Origin: Squalus acanthias
Lineage: Eukaryota
Reading direction: 5' to 3'
Assembly: GCA_030390025.1 (NCBI GenBank)
Contig: CM059433.1
Location: forward strand, 15,316,001 to 15,380,000
Length of the DNA: 64,000 nt
The notes beneath the pieces are model-generated. The model was not told where the DNA came from and ran no database searches. It saw only the letters and a list, made by a program, of their open reading frames with translations. The translations under genes and the position numbers were made by a program. This document shows, in pieces, positions 50,829-62,011 of the stretch; the first letter of the stretch is position 1; every line of letters begins with the position of its first letter.

Positions 50829-51034
50829 ATACAAAAAGAAAATACTGCAGATGCTGGAAATCTGAAATAAAAACAGAAAATGCTGGAGATACTCAACAGG
50901 TCAGGCAGCATCTGTGAAGAGAGAAACAGAGTTAACGTGTCAGAAAGGTCATCGACCTGAAACGTTAACTCTGTTTCTCTCTTCACAGATGCTGCCTGAC
51001 CTGCTGAGTATCTCCAACATTTTCTGTTTTTATT
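50829..51034. mobile_element. Penelope-like pLTR insertion arranged as an inverted repeat
   Basis: Two pLTR pieces back to back forming arms of about 80 bp. 15-bp direct repeat TCAAAGAGACCACAG at 50814-50828 and 51035-51049. Confidence 0.88.
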
Positions 51035-52499
51035 TCAAAGAGACCACAGGATGGCTGGGATGTAAAATAGAAAATTGCAGCAAAGGGTGGTTGTTCTGAA
51101 GTTGGGGCGGAGACACATTGTTGGGGCACAGTAGAAAGTCTTTTACTCTGCACCTAATGACTGTATTTACCCTGATACTGACATTGGATGGCTAAAATAT
51201 GAAGTGCTTTATGTCTCAGCATTAACACTCCTCACCTTGATGAGCACAAAAAACTGTGAAAGGAAAAAAAAAGTTCAATTTCTTTTTCCAAATAGACAGG
51301 TTGTTCAAGATTTGCAGCAAGCCGCCTTGCTGCGATTTATAGGCCTGTTGCTCTGCATGCAAAATAATTTCGACAAAATTAGAGGCGATATCCCAGCTTG
51401 TGGTTAACAAAGTGTTACATGCTGCAGATTCTGATACACAATGTCTTAACTTATTACCAGCAGTAGATATATAAGAAACCATTTGGAATTATTCCAAAAA
51501 TACATCCTAAATGAACAAGTGTCGATTACATTATTTATTCTAATGATGATGATAAAGGACTCAGAATGGAGCTGAGGACTAAAAGGTGACTGTTTTATTG
51601 AATCAGAAATGGTAAACAATTCACAAAATTCAAAGTTTTTTTTTGGCAGAAAGTCAATGCCACTAACCCCAGAAGAGTGAATGGAAGTGTTGAAATCTCA
51701 TGAGGCAAATAAGTTGCCCAAAATTTCACAAACACCGCAGATCTGAATGAACGACCTTAAATGGCTGGCAAAGTGGAATATAATAAGCAACAACACTTAA
51801 CACACCACAGGTGTCCTCCGGAGCTGCCGAAAAGAATATTACCCAGGCTGAGTACATGAATGCCAATCTGTTCATCAACTACACGAGGAAGGAAGTACCT
51901 CCCCAGAGTCTCAGCATTCTGGTAAGTGCAGAACATACGCCGTTCTTTTTATTAAAACAATTTCCCTCTATCATTCAAGCATTTTGAAAGAAGCACTCAA
52001 AGCACTTGGACGATGCATGTTGATATTTAATTTACCGGTAATATTTTACTAGTCGCTAAAGTAAAAGAAATTTCATTTTAGCGTTTCCGTCTCTAGTGTC
52101 TTTCAATTCCTGTTCATATACAGATAGCAACCCTTCAGAATGTTCATTCTCCAGAGTGTAACTACAACTGTATCAGGAATGTTCAGACACACATCAGTCT
52201 TTTATTCTTTGGATCCTGTTTCATGCAAATGACACTCTGAATTTTGCCAATTGCAACACAGAAATTATTTCCCCTACGTAAATATTGCACTGGCATCCAA
52301 AGTCCAATATATATATATATATAGACAAACTAATACAATGTACTGGGGTTTCGTTACATACATTGAAGTGCCAGTGTTTGTGGAACTCGTTTATGATGCT
52401 TCCACATTTGTTGGAATAGTATGCATAATTATTTTAATTGGCACGCGCTGGAAATATCTTTTTTAAATAAGTAAGAAAATTGATTACGGCACAGTCCGA

Positions 52500-52651
52500 G
52501 GGGGTAGTCTTGACTTTGTGCGGTAGTGTAAAACGGGTGATAACGAATGGCTGTTGAAGTCCTTGGAAATAAAAATGGGGAGAGCTGTAAAACGGGCTGC
52601 CGACTTGCTGTCGCCCGTTTTACACTATCGCACAGAGTCAAAATTACCCCC
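52500..52651. mobile_element. Small foldback MITE (about 152 bp)
   Basis: Imperfect TIR of about 43 bp: GGGGGTAGTCTTGACTTTGTGCGGTAGTGTAAAACGGGTGATA / TGTCGCCCGTTTTACACTATCGCACAGAGTCAAAATTACCCCC. Confidence 0.8.
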
Positions 52652-53254
52652 CTCCCCCAACAAATGTGACTCGTAAAACTACGAGACAAAGCCATGTAAC
52701 TATTCAGAATTTAGAACATTGCAGAAGTTAATGGGATCCATTTGCCGCCTTCCTTTCACCCAATAATTTACCTAATGGCAATTTTAGTCCTCAGTATAAA
52801 AGATTAAATGCAACATATAATCCATTTGTCATTCAGTGTAAATGCCACTGCCTTTTACCTACTCTTTAGCAATTTTGCATACTTGAATAATGGGAGGAAT
52901 TTTAAACCCCAAGGATGGGTGGGATGGGGGCGGGTGGGAAGGTAAAAATTAAAAAATTCTCCAACCCAACCCCAACCCGCCCTCTTACGGTTTTAACGGA
53001 GGTGGGTCGAAGGGCGGGTTGGGGTTGGGTTGGAGAACTTTAATTGCGTTGCTTGTGGGCCAGTAGGAGCTGGAGTGCTTCCCCAGGCCCAAGTTTCAAT
53101 CTCTCCTCATAGCTCAGATACCTTAAGCTAAGAACCAGTTTGGTTGTCCTTCTGCACCCCTTGTTCAATGAGGAGTTTAGAAGAGCATGCCAGGGAGCAG
53201 CACCAGGTGTACCTAAAAATGAGGTGCCAACCTGGGGAAGAAACATTACACAGG

Positions 53255-54632
53255 ACTAATGCATGCTAAACAGCAGAAATAGCATGCTACAGACAGAGCT
53301 AAGTGATCCCACAACCAAGGTATCAGGTCAAAGCTCTGCAGTCCTGCCACATCCAATCGTGAATGGTGGTGGACAATAAGCAAGTAATGGGCGGAGGAGT
53401 CTCCATGAACATCCCCGTCCTCACTGGTGGCAGAGCCCAGCACATGAGTGCAAAAGACAAGGCCGAAGCTTTTGGAATCATCTTCACCTCGAAGTGCCGA
53501 GTGGATGAGCCATCTCGACCTCCTCCTAATGTCCTCACCATCACAGATGCCAGTCTTCAGCCAATTCAATTCACTTCACATGGCATCAAGAAATAGCTGA
53601 ATGCACTGGACACAGCAAAGACTACAGGTCCCAACAACATCCCAGCTGAAGATCTGTGCTTGAGAACTAGTATGCCCTTAGTTAAACTGTTCTAATGCAG
53701 CTACAACACTGGCATGTACAATGTGAAAAATTGCCCAGGTATGATCTGTAAAGGAAAATCAAGACAAACCCAACTCGGCCAATTACCGCTCCATCAGTCT
53801 ACTCCCAATCATCAGTAAAGTGATGGAAGGAGTCATCAACAGTACTATCAAGCGGGACTTACTCACGAATAATCTGCTCACTGATGCTCAGTTTGGGTTC
53901 CGCCAGAACAACTCAGCTCCAGACCTCATTACAACCTTGGTCCAAACATGGACATGAATAGAATTTCAGAGGTGACATGAGATTGGCTGCCCTTGATATG
54001 AAGGCAGCATTTGACTGAGTGTGGCACCAAGGAGCACAAGTAAAACTGAAGTCAATGGGGATTAGCGGGAAAGCTCTCCAGTGGCTGGAGTCATACTTGC
54101 CACAAACAGTTGTGGATGTTGGAGGCCAATCATCTCAGCCCCAGGCCATCGCTGCATAAGTTCCACAGGACAGCGTCCTAGGCCTAACTATCTTCAGCTA
54201 CTTGATCAATAACCTTCACTCCATCACAAGGTCATAAGTGGGGCTGTTCGCTGATGATTGCACAGTGTTAAACCCCATTTGCAATTCCTCAGATAATGAA
54301 GTAGTCCATGCCCACATGCAGAAAGATCTGGACAACATCCAAGCTTGAGCTGATAAGTAACAAGTATCATTTGCACCACACAAGTGCCAGGCAATGACCA
54401 TCTACAACAAGAGAAAGCCTAACCTTCTCTCCTTGACATTCAATGCCAATATCATCATCAATTCCCCCACCATCAATATCTGGGAGGGTCACCATTGACC
54501 AGAAACTCAGCTGGACCAGCCACATAAATGACATGGTTACTATAGTAGATCAGATGCTGGAGTGGCTCACCTCCTGACACCCCAAAGCCTCTCCATCATC
54601 GACAAGGTACAAGTTAGGAGTGTGTTGGAATA
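53255..54632 (+). mobile_element. Decayed CR1/L2-group non-LTR retrotransposon (same family as 62012-63812)
   Basis: Collinear with the reverse complement of 62430-63810. RT motifs (NYRSISLL, QFGFR, FADD) broken by stops. Confidence 0.85.
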
Positions 54633-55493
54633 CAAGCTTTGGTGTTAGCACAAGCTTTGGAGAAGGTAGGAACTTAAACTACCCTAGTGAGGGTGCAATA
54701 AAAACTAAAATACACAGCAAGAGATCTAGTAGCCTGAGCTAAGAGATAATGACATATAACCTTTGCTCCAACAAAGTGCAGAAAGCTACACAGCGGACAA
54801 TATTTTGAAACCTAAGCAAACATAACAGTCAAAAGCTATCATTGACACTATCACAGATCTTCAGTTACTTAATAACAGAACTAACAACCATCTCCTCTTC
54901 AACAGTTTACCTATTTCAAACAATGCTAGATTTATCTCTGGCAACATTTAATTTCATGGTATTAATCCGATAGATCAAAAATGCAAAACTATGAATACAT
55001 TAGTTACAGATTATTAAAATTCAGTGTGATGAGCGGCTCATAGAGGTAACTGTGAATAATCGTAGATAAAACAATTCATAAATCTTTAATGAATTTCTCT
55101 TGGAGATTCTGCTGTATAATTTAAGGTGCAAAGGATACAAGATACATTAGGATATTGGTTTTAAAGTATTTTCTACACATTATCTATAAGTCATAAAGCC
55201 ACATGATTAGTTAAGCATCATTATAATAGATGCAGCATATTTCTTCATTTAATTTTTGATCAGTGTCATGCTTGTCAGATTGCTTGTAACTCATCTTTTA
55301 TGTTTACTTACTCTAATATTGATTATGCACAATTCTTCTCTACATCAATGATAGGCATAATCAGGTTAAGAGGGGTTGGGCATGATTATGCTACGCAATT
55401 CACTGGTCTACCTTGATATCAATGCATTCACTTGTTACCCATGACTTGTCTTGAGACTGTGTCAAGGTGTACTGTAAAGGCTACTGCAGGAGA

Positions 55494-55887
55494 GAGATGT
55501 TGGCGAGTGTTCTCGCTCAGGCCAACATCCCCAGCCTCGAAGCTTTGACCACGCTCGATCAGCTCCGATGGATGGGCCACATCGTCCGCATGCCCGATAC
55601 AAGACTCCCAAAACAAGCGTTCTACTCGGAGCTCCGACACGGCAGGAGAGCCCCAGGTGGGCAGAGGAAATGCTTCAAGGACACCCTCAAAGCCTCCTTG
55701 AAAAAGTGCAACATCCCCACCGACACCTGGGAATCCCTGGCCCTTCAACTACCGTCTGCCCCACCTGTGACAGAGACTGTAGGTCCCGCATTGTACTCAT
55801 CAGTCACCTGAGAACTCATTTTTAGTGTGGAAGCAAGTCATCCTCGGTTCCGAGGGATTGCCTAAGAAGAAGAAAAAGAAGAAGAAG
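55494..55887 (+). mobile_element. RTE-clade LINE 3' fragment
   Basis: QLRWMGHIVRMPDTRLPKQAFYSELRHGRRAPGGQRKCFKD plus a CxxC...H remnant and a (GAA)n tail. Direct repeat ACTGCAGGAGA at 55483-55493 and 55888-55898. Confidence 0.88.
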
Positions 55888-57092
55888 ACTGCAGGAGAAG
55901 AGACAATGTAAACATTCATAGGAAATGGAGCTTGGAAGTAGCAGCAAGAGAAAATTGTCAACTCTGTATATAAAATGTTAGCAGAACAACATTTTTTCAG
56001 GGCAAAGAAACATCAGGATATATATTTTTTTGTTTAGTGCTTCCGGCATATAAAACTCTGCACCAGAAGCATTAAAATGAAAATTTACCCTATCATGCAT
56101 AGATCTCAAAAAATTGACAATTCCTGAAGAAAATTTCACAGTATAAAGCATAATACAGTTTGTAATACTCTAGCATGAAATTACGCATGGGATACTAGCA
56201 TATGAACACAACGCACTTTAGCACAGGCTTTAACTCAACTAATTTAAACGGTTGGCGTCTCTGCTAAAAGAGCAGAGAGGATCAGTTGAACCCGTTAAGC
56301 AATTGTACACTAAAATCCCATATCATAAGTTCAAGGTTTAAGAAAATTTAACCGATTAGCTAAGTGATCAAACACTTCTTCAGTTTACTACTCTAGGTTC
56401 CTTCACTTCTCTTCAGACTGTCAGATATTAGGTATTCCTGAATGTCAGAGGAAAGAAAGAAAGAAAGACTTGCATTTATACAGCACCTTTCATGACCTCA
56501 AGATGTCCCAATGTGCTTTACAGCCAATGACGTACTTTCAAAGTGTAGTCACTGCTGTAATATATGCAATTCACAATATAAGGGGGAAAAATTCAGTTGG
56601 TTGCGCCTCCCGTTAGCGCCTTACGAGGGCGCTAATGGGGCGCAAAGCAGCTAGCGCCTGGGCGCAGCGATGTTTGCGCCGCTCGCGAACATAACTAGAC
56701 ATTTTGCGGTGGCGCTAAAATTTACCGCCGCGATCTCCTGCGCACGCAGATCTTGACGTCATACGAGGGTGCAACGCCCTTGTGGCGCCCCGGAGCGGAA
56801 ATTGAGTGGCGCCCCCATCCTTTCCGCCTGGCGCATCCAACGACCGGAAGACTGGAACGCTATCAGTCGCTGTGGGGCTGGGGGGGGCGCTATTTAAAAG
56901 GGGCCTCTTCCTGTCTTTCTCTGTGGTTGACATTTTTGCACCACTCGTTCTGAGAGAGAGAGAGAGATTCGGAGAGAGAGAAAGAGAGACTTCTGCATTG
57001 AGTCAACGCTGTGTGAGGTACTTTTGGCTACTGATCATAACTTGGCAGGTACTTTGGTTTTTGGCCTTCATAACTTTGCTTGCTAAGAGACT

Positions 57093-58123
57093 ATGGGGGC
57101 TGCACTGATTGGGGGCGTCGTCCTGCGCCAGCTGAATCGGAGGACACAGAGACGTAGAGAGAGAGTGGCAATGATGGCCAGACGGAGGAGGGCCAACAGG
57201 CGTATGTACAGGAGAGCTTACCCTCCCAGGGTATATCGTGAACAGCTCTCCTACATTCAATTGTCTGAGGAGCAGTGTTTGCGAAGGCTGCGCTTCAGCA
57301 AGGAGGTGGTCACTGAGCTCTGCCACCTGCTGCAGCCAGATCTGCAGCCTCAACTGAGGTCCAGGACGTCTCTGTCGGTGGCAGTGAAGATTACAGTGGC
57401 TCTGAACTTTTATGCTACTGGCTCATTTCAATCTGCTGCTGGGGACATCGCCAATATCTCCCAGTTCGCGGTGCATTGCTGCATCCGTCACGTCACAAAT
57501 GCCCTCTTTAAAAGGAGACGAGAGTACATCTCTTTCCCCATGACCCCAGACAAGCAGCATGAACGCGCTCTGGGCTTTGCCAGGATAGCGGGCTTCCCCA
57601 TGGTGCAGGGCGCCATTGACTGCACGCATGTGGCTTTGCGTGCTCCGCATGTGAATGCCGAGGATTTCCGGAACAGAAAGGGGTTCCATTCCTTGAATGT
57701 TCAGTTGGTCTGTGACCACAGACAGCTGATACTCGCTGTCAATGCCCACGATCCTGGCAGCTGCCACGATGCTTTCATCCTGCGCCAGACTACTGTGGCA
57801 GAACTTTTCGAGGCACCGCATCAGCCAGTTGGTTGGCTTCTCGGGGACAAGGGGTATCCACTGAGCACCTGGCTGATGACACCGCTCCGTACGCCCAACA
57901 CCCCTGCTGAGCTGCGGTACAACGAGAGCCATCAAGCTACCAGGAACATCGTTGAGTACACAATCGGTGTGCTGAAGCAATGGTTCCGCTGTCTGGACCA
58001 TTCTGGAGGAGCCCTGCAGTACTCGCCTGAGCGAGTTTCCCACTTCGTAGTTGTGTGCTGCATGCTGCATAACATGGCAATCCTCAGGACCCAGCCAATG
58101 CCACCAGGCCTTGGAGCACCACC

Positions 58124-58154
<31 letters not shown>

Positions 58155-58253
58155 GAGGAGGATGATCATCAGCAGCACCAAGGCGGGAGGGCGGCCCACA
58201 ATGTTGAAACTGCAAGGGCCGTCCGTCAACGGCTGATAGCAAGCCGCTTCTAG
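57093..58253 (+). CDS. Harbinger DDE transposase (HARBI1-like family), 386 aa
   Basis: Uninterrupted ORF with GAIDCTH, RKGFHSLNVQLVCD, GSCHDAFI, LLGDKGY, RNIVEYTIGVLK, CCMLHN. Confidence 0.95.
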
Positions 58254-58564
58254 GCCCCTGCTGAGGAAATGGCTTCTGCCATTGAGAACAACATGAATGA
58301 AACCAACCCGCAACCCCTAAGCCGGCCAAGGCAGTAATGATTCCAAAGACCAAACATGTACATTTTGAATACAAAAACTTATTTATTTTACAAACTCTGT
58401 GTGTGTCATTTCTTCATGACAAACTAATAGAAAGAAATACAAAAAAACAGTCATTAACATAACTGGTTCTCACAACCTGGAGATAATGTCCAAAACACTA
58501 AACAAAAGTTTAAACACGAACCTCGGCCTTTAATAAAAAATTGACAAACATTTTGTCACACCTC

Positions 58565-60363
58565 CTACTTTTTGCCCTTCGAGGGTGATCTCCTTCCCTT
58601 GCGCACTTCCCCCCTTCCCACCCTACTGCTCCTCCGTAATGGGACCTCAGTGGCTGCAGCAAGGCTGGTGGAAGGCTGCTGATTCTCATAACCTGAGACT
58701 GCAGATGCCCTTGAAGGACGGCCTCGACCAGCTCTGGGCCTGGAGGGCCCGGCTGCAGACTGCACCAACTCTGCATGGGCGGCAGCAGTCTGTCCTACAG
58801 GCGGTGGCAAGTGCAGTGGAGAAGTGACAGTGGTGGCAGCAGGAATGCTGTCATCTTGAGAGAGGACAGCAACTCCCTGCTCGACCGACACACTGGCACT
58901 CCCACGGGGCAGCACTTCAGCATCCGGAGCAATCTGCTGGAGCACAGATTGCTGGCCTGCTGCGGCGCGGTGAGAGCCCCGGGGAAATGTGTCCGAACCA
59001 TCGAGGATGGCAGCAGTCAGTGCTCGCATGGCTTCAATCTGAGTCTGCATGACAGCAGTCTGAGACTGAATTGCAGCACTAAGCTTTAGCGTGGCATCCG
59101 CCTGTGCTACAGCGAAGTGCTCCACACTCCTTGCCAGTGATTCAATGCATTCGGGCACCCTTCCCACTGCACCCATGAGCTCAGTGTGCATGTCCACCGC
59201 CTGGGTGTTCATTTCAGCGATGAGCCGCTCCTCCTCTGCGTCCAGTGCAGCAGGACTCGCTGGCCTACTCTCCCTCCGGGGAGAAGGCCCCCGAGCTTCC
59301 CTACCCCCATCGCGTTGCTGCAGCCCGCTGGGTCCTGGAGCTTCACCCTCATCAGACCCTTCCCCCCTGCTCCCCTCCAGGGAAGGCGTGTTCCCAGTGT
59401 GGGCATGGGCTTCCTCGGGAGAGGGTGGCACTGATGCTCCGCCTTCATCTTCCTCCTCGCCTGCAGCTTCACTCCCACTGGCAGCTCCAGGGCCCGTCTC
59501 CTCATCTGGTGAATCACCATCTGAAAGCAGGGAGGTACAAGAGTGGCTTTAGCATGAGGACAGGGTGGCAGTAAGGGAGGAATGAGTGCAGCGATTTAGT
59601 AAGTTGGATTGAAAGTGTCAAAGGCTGGTGTTGTGAGGGACAAGTGGAAGGACAGAGGACAAAAAGGTGATGACCTTACCATTGCTGTCCAGAACGGGGT
59701 CGGCGTCTCCAGTGGCGACGGGACCGATCACCCGGCTTGCCACAATCCTGTGGACGCGCGCCTCAAGATCGCTGAGGGGTTGCAGCTGAGGCCGCCCTCC
59801 ACCCGTCCATTGCTGCTGTCTCCTATTATGAGATAGCTTGGCCTGCAAGAAAAAGGACGGCGTCTGAGTAAATATACAGCCATGGTCTTGCCTGATGTGC
59901 CTCCCATAGGTGAATAGCCCTTACTGTATGCAGCCATGGTCTTGCCTGATGTGCCTCCCATAGGTGAATAGCCCTTACTGTATGCATAGTGTGGAATGTG
60001 CGTGTGTGTTTCATGAGAGGGCCATAGGTGTTGGATGAGTGTTGTGCATTGGGGTTTTAAGACCCTCTGGCCATAGAGTGAGGTTGAGATGGAGGGATGG
60101 AGAGGTATTGAAAAAAAGCCACTCACCCTGACGACCCGAGTGAGGTCGTTGAACTTTTTCCGACATTGTACATGGGTCCTGGGCACCATGCTCCTGCAGG
60201 AGACGCTCTGAGCCACCTCCCTCCACACTCTTCTGTACTCACGCGGCAAAGGCCTCCTGCCACTCTCTGGGTACAGTATTGATCTTCTGCGCTCCACCGC
60301 GCCAACCAGAGCATCCAAGGCCCGCTCGCTGAAGCGCTGTGCTCGTTCCCTCACCCTCTCCAT
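58565..60363 (-). CDS. Harbinger Myb/SANT-like DNA-binding partner, three exons (60363-60127, 59842-59680, 59520-58565), 451 aa
   Basis: Exon 1 has RFSERALDALV...WREVAQSV...RTHVQCRKKFNDL (Myb/SANT). Junctions AGG|gtgagt, ttcttgcag|GCC, G|gtaagg and ctttcag|AT. 237+163+956=1356 nt, one open frame. Confidence 0.88.
59877..59984. repeat. Perfect 54-bp tandem duplication in intron 1 of the Myb gene
   Basis: cagccatggtcttgcctgatgtgcctcccataggtgaatagcccttactgtatg occurs twice. Confidence 0.95.
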
Positions 60364-62011
60364 AGTCCTTGGCTGGAAGATTTAGGCACAGGTCTCTCCA
60401 GGCCGAGATTCAAGGCTCCAATGAGCAGGGTGTGGCTGGAGTGCAAGATCGACCCTCCCCTTTAAGAATTGTCCGGCGCCAGTGTGTCTGTGTTCCATCG
60501 CTAACTGACAGCACCTGCGGTGCGCCCGCGCTCTGAGTTAGCGCCTCGCTCCTCGGCCTTTGCGCCTTAAGACAGGTGTGTAGCGCCTGATTTAGCGCTC
60601 CAATCACCTCCAGGGGCGTTAAAAGTCAAGTTTGCCGTCGGTGGCGATAATTAGCGCCAGGCGCTAATCTTTGCGCCCGGCCGATAATTGCGCCCCAAAT
60701 GGGGCGATACTGAATTTCTCCCCCTAAGTGTTTAAAATAGACAAAATACTTGTTCAAGATCACTTGCCCCGCAAGGTCCTGATCAAAAGCAGGATTGAAA
60801 TCAGTGAAGCTCACATTTTTGTAAGTTTGCTGAGTTCAGGAGAGATTGGCTCACTTTTATTGATCCCATTATTTAAAAACAGAGATATTTAAAAACTATC
60901 GAATCGGACGTTTAACAGTAGTCGTGGGGAAAGTCTTTGAAACAATTTTGAGAGATCTAATGGACAAGCACTTGGAAAAGCATAACCTGTTAAATCAATC
61001 AGCCTGGTTTCAGGAAGGGGAGAACTACACTGCTGGAGCTTTGTAGTATTTCAGTTGATATATTCGAAGGTTTTGAGCAAGCTTTTTGACAAGATCCCCT
61101 TTCAGCAATGAATGGCTATGGTGAGGAATCACAGAACAGGAGGTAAAGTATAACTCTGGATAGGTCATTAGCTTAACACATAAAAGAGAGGGCAGTCATT
61201 AATGGGAACTTTTCAAGGTAGAAAGAAATAGCCAGCACTGCGCTCAGTGGTTGAATTAGGTTGGTCTTGGTATCTTCGCAATCTTTAATAAGGACTAATA
61301 TCTTAGACAAACTGCTTTTGAGTTTGGACAACACACAGTGCTAATATTGGAGGTGGTAACATGCAGTCCCAACAGTAAAGGTGTTAAAACTGCACTAATG
61401 CTAACACACAGCTGGCCACAGATCTAGTCTGCTGACTGGAACAGGGCATGTCTTTATATGAGGAGGGAGCTGACTGAGGTTATGCTGAAGTGTGTTAGAT
61501 TTGCCCCAACTGTCACTGCCCAGTGTGGGTGCACTGCTGTGCTGAGATTATATCTAAGGCACATCTGAAATTTTTTGCAAGAACATAGACCTGCCATCTC
61601 ATGCACTCCAAACACAATTATTCAGTAAGCTTTAACTTATTCTTCAGCTGAGCTCTGTTGCTTATGTCACCTCCGGGGCAGATGTCTCCTCAAAGTTGCC
61701 CCCGACCTGCTCCTTCCCTTCACTGCTGCTCCTCCACCCAGTAATGTCCTCGCTGTCTCAGATGTATTGGATCCAACATGAGGCAATGCAGTGGACTAAA
61801 AGTCACACAGACTTTTAATGAGTGAAGACTTGAAGCATTCGCCAGGATGAATTAGTCAGAACATATTATACTGATGCAGGCTACTGCAGCCAGTAAAAGT
61901 GCGGAGCCACATAAAGCACAGCATCAGTCTTGTGTAATTACTAGGAGACTCCGAATCATTACTATGATTAATGTAGTCATTGGTGACACTACCACAAATC
62001 ATGACTATGAT

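Larger units (their letters stand above)
56582..60724 (+). mobile_element. Full-length PIF/Harbinger DNA transposon (4143 bp)
   Basis: 16-bp TIR GGGGGAAAAATTCAGT / ACTGAATTTCTCCCCC (1 mismatch). TAA TSD at 56579-56581 and 60725-60727. Convergent transposase and Myb/SANT genes. Confidence 0.96.

Noticed and set aside
57093..58253. Domesticated host HARBI1 gene
   Set aside because: It lies between TIRs with a TSD next to a Myb partner and has decayed relatives nearby, so it is a transposon copy.
57423..58313. 296-aa minus-strand ORF
   Set aside because: Antisense shadow of the GC-rich transposase with no recognisable motifs.
59877..59984. CRISPR-like array
   Set aside because: A plain tandem duplication with no spacers; eukaryotic context and no cas genes in the window.
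59728..60363. 211-aa ORF taken as the whole Myb protein
   Set aside because: Only the first 79 codons are exon 1; the rest reads through intron 1, including the 54-bp duplication.
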